A DNA stretch of 64,000 nucleotides. Source: Octopus vulgaris (Eukaryota). Of the stretch, positions 37,545-49,039 are shown in pieces; within the stretch, counting starts at the first letter, position 1, and each line of letters begins with the position of its first letter. A program made the translations under genes and the position numbers. The stretch is taken from assembly GCA_951406725.2 (NCBI GenBank), contig OX597817.1:48174001-48238000 (forward strand), in the 5' to 3' direction. A model generated the notes under the pieces. The model was not told where the DNA came from. It made no database searches and was given only the letters and a program-made list of their open reading frames with translations.

Positions 37545-38086
37545 TCATTCTGCTTACACAATTGATAACGATACCGACGTTAAGATTAAAATAAATTCAA
37601 GAAAATCATTCCTGTTTTCTTGTTGGGTGAAAAGATGTCGATGAACTCTTTAAAGTTTCTATAGGTATCCACGATGGAGCAGAGGTACTGGCCTTGCCTG
37701 CCTTATAAACCTTAGATATACTTAAGGAAATAAATGATGCTTACATAAGGTTATATAGGGAAGGGTCAATGTGTAGTTCAAAATAAGAATGGTCACGTTC
37801 TGGATAGGAACAATTTATGCAAGCTATTTTCTCAACTCATTTTAAATATCACAGTTAGTAGCAAGCTTAAATGACTCAATTTCTTCGATATTAATGTGAA
37901 ATTACACACAGGCAAGTATAAACACTTCCACAAACTTAATGACGAAATAAATTTAAATTTATATAAATATGTATAAGATCGTAAATAAGGAGAAGATCGT
38001 TAAGTAAGCGGGCATTTTAAACTGGTCATGTTGCATACGTGCATATATATGTGTGTATACGTTTGTATATGTAAGTATACGTATGT

Positions 38087-38141
<55 letters not shown>

Positions 38142-38161
38142 TTATGTTTCTCTCTGCGTGT

Positions 38162-38220
38162 ATTCCACTGATGAGGCGAAGCATTTCTAAATGCAAAGTC
38201 AGAAATCCGGGATCTGGAAT
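38162..38220 (+). ncRNA. Type I hammerhead ribozyme motif (canonical core)
   Basis: attcca CTGATGA ggc gaa gcattt ct aaatgc aaa gtc a GAAA tcc g gga TC tggaat; 6-bp helix I, AUC cleavage triplet. Confidence 0.75.
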
Positions 38221-38466
38221 TATCCAGTAATGTTTTACTAGTTTTATTTTGTCTTTTTGTCTTCTCTCCTTGTGCTATATGAACACTTAATGTGGTCTTA
38301 GAGTCAGATGCTGGCTGCTATTTTCAGCATGGCGGTATCTCGTAGATCCCCTAAGTTATAATTTTAATAATAATTATTACTTTTGAAGTTTTTTTATTTC
38401 CATGTTGGCCACTTGATAAGATTGTTATTTAATTTAAATTAACGATCTGATCCTTATATATATATA

Positions 38467-38606
38467 CTTTATTTAAAGCAGCAGAAAATTCAACAAAACC
38501 TGTTACTCTGAGTTTCCCGTTGCCGTTCATATACATATATACATTCATACATACATACAACTCAAAGTAACAGGTTTTGTTGAATTCTCTGCTGCTTTAA
38601 ATAAAG
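38467..38606. repeat. Inverted repeat with about 48-bp arms; related sequence at 35969-36150 and 48142-48265
   Basis: CTTTATTTAAAGCAGCAGA.AATTCAACAAAACCTGTTACT.TGAGTT and its reverse complement; carries a partial hammerhead (GAAACTC.GAGTAACAG). Confidence 0.85.
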
Positions 38607-38960
38607 CATATTACTCTACCACTGGTATTTGAGTAGTCTTTTTTCCACCTTGTTTCACATTTATGTGTTTACTCCGGTTTATATATATATATATATATAT
38701 ATGTATAAGGATGAAAGGGAACACACGAGTTGATATATATGAAAAAACAAGTCAAGATAGAAAATGCTAACATAATTTTATAAAGAACATTTCAGTTTCG
38801 GTCATTTGAGACCTTTTCAACTGTAAAAATGAAATTATTTAATTTAGAAAAATTAAAAGCAAAGTTTTTAAAAAAAAAATAGTGTTCAAATATATGTGGC
38901 ATTTCCCTTGTTTCTGCCTTTCTCTGTCTCTCTTGTTTACACTCGTGAGTTCGAGGTCGT

Positions 38961-38997
<37 letters not shown>

Positions 38998-39201
38998 TAG
39001 TAATGCAATACTAGAGTATCGCCTTCCAGGTATTTCATCTTTCAGATGTTCTCCCTGGAGGTAAGACAATCTTTTCTAGTTTGTTGCACGCACGCATTTT
39101 TGCTGATACATACGCGCTGAAGCTATACATTAGCGTCGTATTATTACGTTCGCTATTTCCAGTAAATAACGGTACTTAGTTGTGTCATATATTTACTACT
39201 T

Positions 39202-39286
<85 letters not shown>

Positions 39287-39376
39287 TTATATGTGTGTGT
39301 GTATGTATGTATGTGCGTGACCCTATGTATATATGTGTGATTATATGTATCATATATATATATATATATAAATATG

Positions 39377-39740
39377 CATGGAGAGTTTAGCTTGGAAGCT
39401 AAGATTGTGTACGACAACGTAGTCCGAAAAAATCCTGTTGTTTGCCTAAGGATTCCCCAAAACAGCAACTAAAGACGAATATTTATGCCAAAGAATATGC
39501 ATTGTGTTTAGTGGGATCATAAAGCATTTTCTATTATGAGTTTCTCCCATAAAACTAGGCCAATAGTTCTGATGTGTACTGTCGTTATCTGGCAAATTTG
39601 AACCCCGCCAAATGAGACCGGAAATTGCCAACAGGAAAGATATGGTGTTCCAACAAGACAATGCCCAACTACATGTGCCTTATTGCTACCCGTACAACGT
39701 TGCAAGAACTTGACTGGGATCCCCCTATCCACCATATTCT
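39377..39740 (+). mobile_element. Highly decayed mariner transposase fragment
   Basis: Remnants WDHK..FYYE, VFQQDNAQLHV, LQELDWD..PPYS. Confidence 0.6.
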
Positions 39741-39754
39741 CTTGTCTCTTAAAC

Positions 39755-39915
<161 letters not shown>

Positions 39916-39916
39916 G

Positions 39917-39950
<34 letters not shown>

Positions 39951-39954
39951 GCAC

Positions 39955-41052
39955 AGGGGCAATAGACACCACAGAAACTCAGAAAACAGATTCCATCACA
40001 CTCCAGGGGGAGAAACTAGAAGTAGTTGATAGCTTCCGCTACCTAGCTGACCATGTTAGTAGTGGAGCTGGATGCTCAGAGAGTGTCACCACTAGAATAA
40101 GAATGGCGCGGGGAAAGTTTAGAAAGCTTCTACGCCTACTGGTGATAAAGGGCCTCTCGCTCAGAGTGAAAGGTAGATTGTATGACGCATGTGTGCGAAC
40201 TGCCATGATTCACGGCAGTGAAACATGGGCTGTGACTACGGAGGACATGCGTAGGCTCGAAAGAAATGAAGCTAGCATGATCCGATGGATGTGTAATGTC
40301 AGTGTGAACGCACGACAGAGTGGTGTAAGCGCCCTGAGAGAAATGTTGGACATAAGAAGCATTGGATGTGGTGTGCAAGAGAGACGTTTGTGTTGGTATG
40401 GTCATGTACTACAGATTGATGAGGAGAGATGTGTGAAGAAGTGCCACTTCCCAAACAGATGAAGGAATCCGGGGTAGAGGTAGACCAAGAAAGAAATGGG
40501 ATGAGGTGGTCAAGCATGACCTTCGAACGTTGGGTCTCACAGACGCAATGACGAACGACCGAGACCTCTGGAGATATGCTGTGACTGCGAAGACCTGACA
40601 AATAACGTGAGTTCATGGCTGTTCCTGCACCAGCTTCACCAGCGTCACATAACCAGCCCCAGCCCATCCAAAGTACCTTGGATCGTAGGACGGCCTGCTG
40701 TGCTTGAGGAGACCTATTGAGTCAAGTACATCAACATCAAAATTAAAATCAAATGGGAATTGTAGTTGATATACCCGTGCCAGTAGCACGTAAAAAGCAC
40801 CATTCGAACGTGGCCAATGCCAGCGCCGCCTTGACTGACTTCCGTGCCGGTGGCACGTAAAAAGCACCAACCTATCGTGGCTGTTTCCAGCCTCTCCTGG
40901 CCCCTGTGCCAGTGGCACGTAAAAAGCACCCACTACAGTCACGGAGGGGTTGGCGTTAGGAAGACCATCTGGCTTCCTCCTAGCTTCCCAGACCCCGGTC
41001 GAACCGTCCAACCCATGCTAGCATGGAACACGGACGTTAAACGATGATGATG
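39955..41052 (+). mobile_element. RTE LINE 3-prime portion
   Basis: LEVVDSFRYLAD..KGRLYDACVRTAMIHGSETWA..IRWMCNV..RLCWYGHV, 3-prime UTR repeats and (GAT)n tail. Confidence 0.9.
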
Positions 41053-41615
41053 AAGAAAATGTTCACCTAGCACAGACACAGAATGACCTTAATTCTTCGT
41101 GAGTTATCATCGAAAGGTACTAATACTCAGTTTTGTGCCTTTAATGAAAAAACTGAGAACTTCGTATATTGGCGGCTCTCGCAAAAATTGCGAAGAGTTA
41201 AAGCTCGAGCAAACAAGACAATAGATGGAGTACATAAGAAAGAAAACAAAAGTAATTTGAAATGATAGACGAAGATAGAATGAATAAAACCTTTTGGCTA
41301 AACACGAGAGTGATGGGTAATGCCTAGAAGAAATCCTCAAATTGATATAAAAAGAGAAATAGTAAGAGAGGAGAAAATGTTGACCAGCCAGTGAAGCGTC
41401 TGGTGGTGAAAAGGTAGGGATGAGAGAACTAGTCAAGGGTCACATGTGAGCAGTAGATAGAGGGGAAGGAGAATGAGAGAGAGAGAGAGGGAGAGAGGAA
41501 GTAGGGATGCTAGAAAACGAATAAGGGGATGTGAGAGAAAGAAAGAAAGAAGATAGTCGCAAAAAATCTATGGAAACTTTACTGTTAACAAAAGTTGTGA
41601 TGCCTGGCGTTCTGT

Positions 41616-41798
41616 TATTCAGTAAATGAAAAATGCATTAAGTATTGCGAGGCGTACATGTGGGACGGACGCGGAAGGACCCTAATTTATCATCAGTGAT
41701 GAAGAATTAAGGTCCATCGCTGAAGAATTGAGGTCCTTCTGTGTCTGTCCTACATGTATGTTTTGTAGTATTTAATGCATTTTTCATTTATTGAGTAG
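41616..41798. repeat. Imperfect palindrome with about 75-bp arms
   Basis: TAAATGAAAAATGCATTAA.TA.TGC..TACATGT.GGAC.GAC.C.GAAGGACC and its reverse complement. Confidence 0.75.
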
Positions 41799-41825
41799 AT
41801 AGGTAGACATTCACACACACACACA

Positions 41826-41857
<32 letters not shown>

Positions 41858-41985
41858 TACACACACACATATATATATATATAAATCAAATGGCATGTCT
41901 AAGGTCATAATACTTTTGAGATCATAATCAAGGTTGACCTGGTGCTAACAAGCAACAGCAAAAACAACACCTATTGCTATTATTT

Positions 41986-42023
<38 letters not shown>

Positions 42024-42875
42024 GACATCGCCACAACCACTGTATTGTGCATATTGTTAGTCTCTCCTTGAAGTTAATTGTAAAATCTTTGATCATGACA
42101 CGGCATTTTCTATTGAAATCATATTGAAAAATACTTTCACTTATCATTGAACTTACTGAAAAAGTAAAAACATTAAAAGAACCAGGATTGGTTGTTGTTT
42201 TTCTTGTTTTTTTTTACACGGGGTTGCTAATAATTTTATTCGTTCAGACTCATTTTATACAAATTAATGAGCTGAGATGTTTGAAAATTTTGTACAATTT
42301 GAAATCCTATTGATGGATTTTACTTGGTGTTTGAGAATAAAGGATCAATAGTGTTTCTTAACTCTAACAATGAGATTCTGCAATGTGACTGAGACCTTTG
42401 GAAATATGCTGTGCTTGAGAAGACCCTGCAAGCCAAGTGAGACCATAACCCGTAGCCGATACCAGTGGTGTAACCAGCCCACTCAGGCGTACCTTTCCTT
42501 CATTGGGCACTAAACTCTGCTTGCGAAGACCTGTTGAGGCAAGTGAATTTCAAAATCTGGCGCCCGTACTAGTGGAGCGCTAAGAGCACCCCACCCCGAG
42601 CATGATCATTGCCAGGGCTGCTGACTGGCCCACGTGCCTGTGGCACGTAAAAAGCACCATTCGAGCGTGATCGTTACCAGCTTCGTCTTACTGGCACTCG
42701 TGCCGGTGGTACGTGAAAAACATTTAGAAAAATGACTTATTATAGAAAGATTAAATATAATATAAAACATATAATGATGATTAAGTAATGTGCAAAATAA
42801 TAAATAAAACGTATATATTTGGTAGAATAACGACACGTGTTTCGTGCTATATTTAAGAAATGATAATAGTAAAAA

Positions 42876-42928
<53 letters not shown>

Positions 42929-43130
42929 ATAGTAGTAAAATCCCCTGAATACAAATATTGCCACTCTTCAGATTAAAGATAACAACAATAATAAAACAAT
43001 TAATTTGATAGATTAATAAATATACGTAAATAATCTTGTAAAATACGAAATATCTTAAGAAATATATTCTTGTTTAAAAAATGAGATACAGTTAATTAAA
43101 ATATTTAAAATATATATATATACATATATA

Positions 43131-43174
<44 letters not shown>

Positions 43175-44321
43175 GGAAGTTTACGAAAAAAAACAAAAGA
43201 CGAAGGTAGGTGGTGTACAAACAAGCAAATGTATTAGTATAGCGCTCAGGAATAGAAAAAGTCTTTTACGTTTCGAGCCTAGGCTCTTCCACAGAAAGAT
43301 ACACAGAAAAAAACAAGGAGAGAAACAAGGAGAGAAAAGAATGCGTGTAGTAGCTAACGATCTATCATGGCGTCTGACTTCGGACAGAATGGTCAGACGC
43401 GAGAGAGACAGTAGGGGAGATAACAGGGTCAAGTGACTTCCAATACGAATGAGCCCCCAACAAAAGGGTGCGTGTGTGTATAAGAGAGTATGTATGTGCG
43501 TGTGAAAGAGGGCTGGTGGTCTGGACGTATGTGTGTATGTATGTGTGGGTGTGCAGATGTGGGGATGGGTGTGTGGGTGTTGTGTTGTGATGTGATGTGT
43601 GTATGTATGTGTAGGTGTAAAGATGCGGGGATGGGTGTGTGGGTGGTGTGTTGTGATGTGATGTGTAACGTGGTATGGTGTAGTGTAGTGTGGTGTGGTG
43701 TGATGTTGTGGGGAGGTGGGGGAGGCGAGAGTGGGGAAAGCACAGATGTATATATATATATAAGATACAAAATATAAATTAAGTGAAAACTAAATACTAC
43801 AAATTAAACTATATACATTAAAACAAATTTTAATTAATTAATTTATTTATTTAATAAGCATCCAAATTAAGTCTCATACCCATTAAGCAATTTATACTAA
43901 AAACCTTAATGTTAAGTAATATACACTATGCTAGTACAAGCTATAAATGCTAGAATCAAAAATAGGAAATGGTTCAAATATATCCGCCCCCTAGATAAAC
44001 TAACTATATTATTAATATATGTGTAGTATCAATAGATTTATAATTTCACTCAATAATATAGTTGACCAAAATATCAATTAATGTAAAACTATTTACTTAA
44101 ATGTAAGACTACGTAATAAATATACCACCTAATTATTAAGTAATGTATTGTCTTACAAAACTAATTCTCAAATTAAATTATATGTAATACGTTAAATCAC
44201 ATTATGAAAATAATAATAAAGCATAATAAATATTATTATTACATATAATTTAATTTGAGTATTACATATTTTTGAGTATTACATTATATTACATATTACA
44301 TATTTGAGTATTACATATAAT

Positions 44322-45705
44322 TTTATACGATTATTGCTATCGGAGAAAAAATGAATAATTATTTCATAGATCACTGGAAATCTTCGCGGAAATACATAGA
44401 TCTGAATATGTTTGTTATACATAGAAATACACCCGGTGAACACCGCTGTTAAAGCGACTCCATGGCTTGCTTATCGAGGAATATCAGTGAACACTTCTTT
44501 TATAATATCGTGGAGAGATTTCCATCAACGTTAAATTTCCAAATCACGGAGATGTATTTGCATAGCAAGTGACCTGATCTAAGATCGTGTGCTAGAATGA
44601 AAACAGTTGTAGCGTGGAAGGTGCTTATAAGTCATTTAGGAAACACAAAAATAGTAAGATTCACTTCAACATTTAAATTTATTTTGCCAAAATATTTTCG
44701 TCGCTTTTGAGATCGCGACCTGATCACTGACAAAATTCCGTGCAGCATGGAATTTTGTCAGTGATCAGGACGCGGTCTCAAAGCGATGAAAATATTTTGG
44801 CAAAATAAATTTAAATGTTGAAGTGAATCTAACGATTTTTGTGTGTTTCTTAAATGGCTTATAAACACCTTCCACGCTGCAATTACTTTCCAAACTAAAA
44901 TCTTAATTTTCTCCATACCGTTTCCATTCCCTACCGATTCTATGTCGCCTCACTTACGCAGCAAATTTTTCCCACCTCAAGGCCACGAATACAGATCGGT
45001 GGAACTGCGAGCCTTTCAGGCTTTACCAAGAATATTTGTAGAGTAATTTCAGTGCATTACATTCGACTAAAAATAACGATCACAGTATATATATATTTCT
45101 TTCTTCTGCGATTAAAATTCCAAATTATTTAGGGTGTTAGACGTGGTCTCTTCTATTTAGTAGACTTTAGTGTAGTTTGCTGTTGCAAGCGTATGGAACA
45201 GGTTCGTGACTGGAGATTGTCATAACTTCCCGTTTATACTTCCCAAGATGTCAAAAACTAACGCTAAATACTCTAGACAATTACCTCCTCCGCTTCTCTA
45301 ACATCCCTGTATTCCGATCCAACCTCAACGTTGTACATCACTTCTTAACAGGCTAGCATATCATATATTCTGATCTTCTCAAGGCGCGAATATTTTCGTC
45401 TTTATCAATAGATTAGTTTCGAGGTCCAGATTAGACTCTTTACTCAAAGCTCACTCCAGAAAGTGTTGCCCGAAACTATAGTGATTTCAAATTTACGCAC
45501 AAGCCAGCAAACTCCGGTGGAAGGGGTAAGTCGATTACATCGATCCCACTGCTCAACTGGTACTCAATTTATCGACTCCGAAAGGATAACAGGCAGTCAA
45601 CCTCGGCGGAATTTGAACTCAGATCATAAAGACAGACGAAATGTCGCTGAGCATTTTGCCCGGCATGCTAACAATTCTGCCAGCTAGCTGCCTAAAGTTG
45701 CCTGT
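44322..45705 (-). pseudogene. Exon-less relic of a third chitin deacetylase locus (gene B intron piece fused to gene B upstream region)
   Basis: 44322-44534 matches 60047-60281 (intron of B) and 44536-45705 matches 63030-64000 (upstream of B), in the same order and orientation. Confidence 0.8.
44682..44805. ncRNA. Divergent pair of hammerhead-like motifs with G3-C8 core inside an about 280-bp palindrome
   Basis: Each arm reads ttttgtca GTGATCA g gtcgc (loop) gcga(c/t) GAAA atat TT tggcaaaa; the plus-strand arm has gacgc in helix II. Confidence 0.6.
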
Positions 45706-46586
45706 AACTATACTGATTTCATTCATTTACACTCACACATTCCCTTGGACATCGGCAACAAGGACTTCCACTTAACTGACTCAGACTTTCTTTCTTCGCC
45801 CTCCTACAAGGTATGTGTTACCTCAAGCACTCTGTGAACTTAAGCTACCAATTTTCGACTGTATTTCTTCCTGCTTCGAAAGTGTTTATCTCACTTCACA
45901 TCTATGCACTTGGAGGGTCATCCAACGATTGCTTTAGCGTAACTAGTCCGCGCATGCTCAGCTATGACTTAGATCTACACCACCCACCTTCTGCAACCAA
46001 TAACATTTCATGTCAGCTAACTGATTATAGCTCCATCGGTTTTCATACCAGTTATCCCTGGCAATAAATGTACTTTACTTGTGAGTTATGAGAAATAGCT
46101 AGGCATGAGATTGAAAGCAATCCACACGCAAACATGACCTCAATCCTACAAGTAGTTCGATAATAGATGCCCTGCAACAATTCATGTAAAGAACACAGAA
46201 CCCCACACCTGGAGAAAAATCGCTAGCACTACACGCTGGACCCGGTACTGCAACACCTGTAAGACCATCTTTGGAACTGCAACGGTTAGGTCCGTACCTC
46301 GCACCGGTTGAAAGCCCTCGTGAGTCTTAGACTTAAAGTTGGTCACTTACTAAAATTATTTCTACAAACTTTATAGAAACTTTCTTCATGCAACTTTACA
46401 ATGACGATGGTTCATGAAGCAGTATACCCGCAGAGGAAATCACCTTCTTTGCTTCGCGTGTATGAAGTATCTCACAACATACACTAGTTAAATCTGGTCG
46501 CTTCGAGTGGACAATGTCCATTCTATTATCCTCAAACAATGCACCATCAGAAAACAGCAATCTCTTTCTGTTATTTACATTCATCG

Positions 46587-46950
46587 TGGAGGCGCAATGG
46601 CCCAGTGATTAGGGTGGCAAATTTACGGCTTCGATTCCCAGACCGGGCGTTGTGAGTATTTATTGAGTGAAAAAACCTGAAGCACCACGAGGCTCCGGCA
46701 GCGGGTGATGGCGAACCCTACTGTACTCTTTCACAATACCATTCACTCTTTCTTCCTGTTTCTGTTGTACCTGTATTTCAAAGGGCCAGCCTTGTCACAC
46801 ATTGTGTCACGTTGAATCTCCCCGAGAACTACGTTAAGGGTACACGTTTCTGTGGAGTGCTCAGCCACATGCACGTTAATTTCACGACCAGGCTGTTCCG
46901 TTAATCGGATCAACTGGAGCCCTCGTCGTCATAACCGACGGAGAGCCAAG
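46587..46950 (+). mobile_element. tRNA-derived SINE sharing its head with 35272-35580 but with a different tail
   Basis: GGAGGCGCAATGGCCCAGTG..TTCGATTCCCAGACCGGGCGTTGTGAGT..CCACGAGGCTCCGGCAG. Confidence 0.75.
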
Positions 46951-47028
46951 AAATATACAGGCATTGGCATATGGCTACATACATATTCAGACACATATGG
47001 GTAAAACATAAATATATACTAATGCATA

Positions 47029-47530
47029 CACAGGGGTTGGTCAAAATAATGGAAATACCTAGCATCATAATTTTGAAATATCTATAAAACCGTCAAAAGC
47101 TTGTTTATCTTTATGTTTATTTATATATTTATTATTAGTGTTGCTTAATGTTTTGCTAAAATTGCTGGGGTTTTTTCAGATATCATCAGAAAAAGATAAT
47201 TAAAATTCATTAAAATGACCGATCTATCGGTCTTTCAAAGAGATCAAATTGTTGGTGCTCGTATGGCAGGCGCTGGCGTAACGAAAACAGCCGAAATGTT
47301 TGGTGTACTGTCTCGAAAGTATTCACAGCCTTTGAGAAAGAGGGAAAAACCTCCTCGTTGAAACAAAACTCCGAAAGAAAACCAAAACTTTCAGATAGGG
47401 ACCGGCGGATTCTTACGCGAATTGTTAGGAAGGATCACAAAAGTACAGCTCCCAAAATTATTGCAGAGCTTAAAGACCACCTCGTAAACCCAGTTTCCAC
47501 AATAACTCTTCGCCAGGAGATGCACAAAGA
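47029..47530 (+). mobile_element. 5-prime fragment of a second Tc1 family
   Basis: TA|CACAGGGGTTGGTCAAAATAATGGAAA end; MTDLSVFQRDQIVGARMAGA..KTAEMFGV and RKPKLSDRDRRILTRIVRK (HTH region). Confidence 0.8.
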
Positions 47531-48265
47531 CTGTCTATCTATTTTCTCTTTCTAATTTTGTTTCTTTTTCTTTTATTTCTTTTCTTCTTTTCCTTTTTCT
47601 TTCTCTCACCACTTGTTATTCTCTGAGTTTCTTTTCGTTTTCGTTCTCTCGCCTCTGTCTACTAAGGTATTATGTGCGTGTGTGTTTATGCATTTGTATA
47701 TATTTATGTTTTGCCTATATTTGTCTGTATATGTATGCAGTCAGGTACCAACGCCTGTATGTTTAGTGTATATAATGTATGTCTATATAGGTTGTTTGGT
47801 ATGTGTATGTATTGCTAAATGTATATGTATTTCAGGATGTTAGTTCTTTGTAAAAGTTTTTTAAACGTTTATATCTTTTAATTGATATAATTTATCTAAA
47901 TTTATTATTTTTTGCCACGAATTACTTACCCTGGGTATTCAGGGCTCCTTCCTTCTACATAATCTTCTTTGATTTAAGGTTTTCTTCGATTTTTATAATA
48001 ATATGATTTTTGACCGCAATTGTAATTTCATGCAAGCGTTTATTGAAAAGACCGTTAGTTCAAAGGACCAACGAAACAAAAACCATTTTCAACAGTAATT
48101 GTATATGTATGCAAATATCCTTATTTTGTTCCATTTTAAACAAAACTGTCCGAAGAACGGGTACGTGAAACTCTGTATCACAGTTTTTGAGATATTTTTG
48201 CTGCTTTTTTAATAAAGCATATTACTCTACCTCCGGTATTCGGGTACTATTTTCCCGATCCCGAT

Positions 48266-48353
<88 letters not shown>

Positions 48354-49039
48354 GTTTGTGTGGTCTTTCTGACTGTGTTTGTCTTCCATCACCGTTGAAA
48401 ACCAACCGGTGTTGGTGTGTCTACGTTCCCGCAACTAAGTGGTTCGGCAAAGGATTCCATAAGAATAAGTATTGGGCTTAAGAAATACGTCCTGGCGGTG
48501 ATTTTGTGGACTAAATCCCTTCAAGGCGGTGCTCCAGCATGGTCGCTCAGTAGGAGAAATGAGTTTTTGACGTTTGGAACATAGTTCTTCGTCGGAAAGT
48601 AGAAACGGAAAAGCTCAAAGAAGTAGAAAGAAATCACCAACAGCACGTGTGTAGTTACATATACATCACCGTCTTTATGTCCCGGAATATATCACCATAT
48701 CACCTTCTTCGGAAATATGCCACAGTAAGTTTCATTTCTAAGAACAACCCCTCTCACCATACCAACTATCGTTTTATCACGCTCTCAGCATCTGAGAGGT
48801 GATGTAGCCAACCATATAAACACGAGGCTAATCCAGAATGAGCCTTATATTTATAGACCTGGTGTTGTCTGCGTGTGTGTTTGTGGTAGGCTTGGTAGCC
48901 TTCAACTAACACACTCTCCTCTGAAACCGTGCGGCGCAAGTTGACCACAATTGGGAGTATGATAGAAGAAGGTTTGCTCTTTCTTTCGTGGAAGAAAAAA
49001 TTCAAATCGGACCATGTTAATATCAAAATTTAGCTGCTG

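Noticed and set aside
41690-41730. Hammerhead at CTGATGA/CTGAAGA in this palindrome (also 51162 and 55954)
   Set aside because: No properly placed helix II, GAAA and UH.
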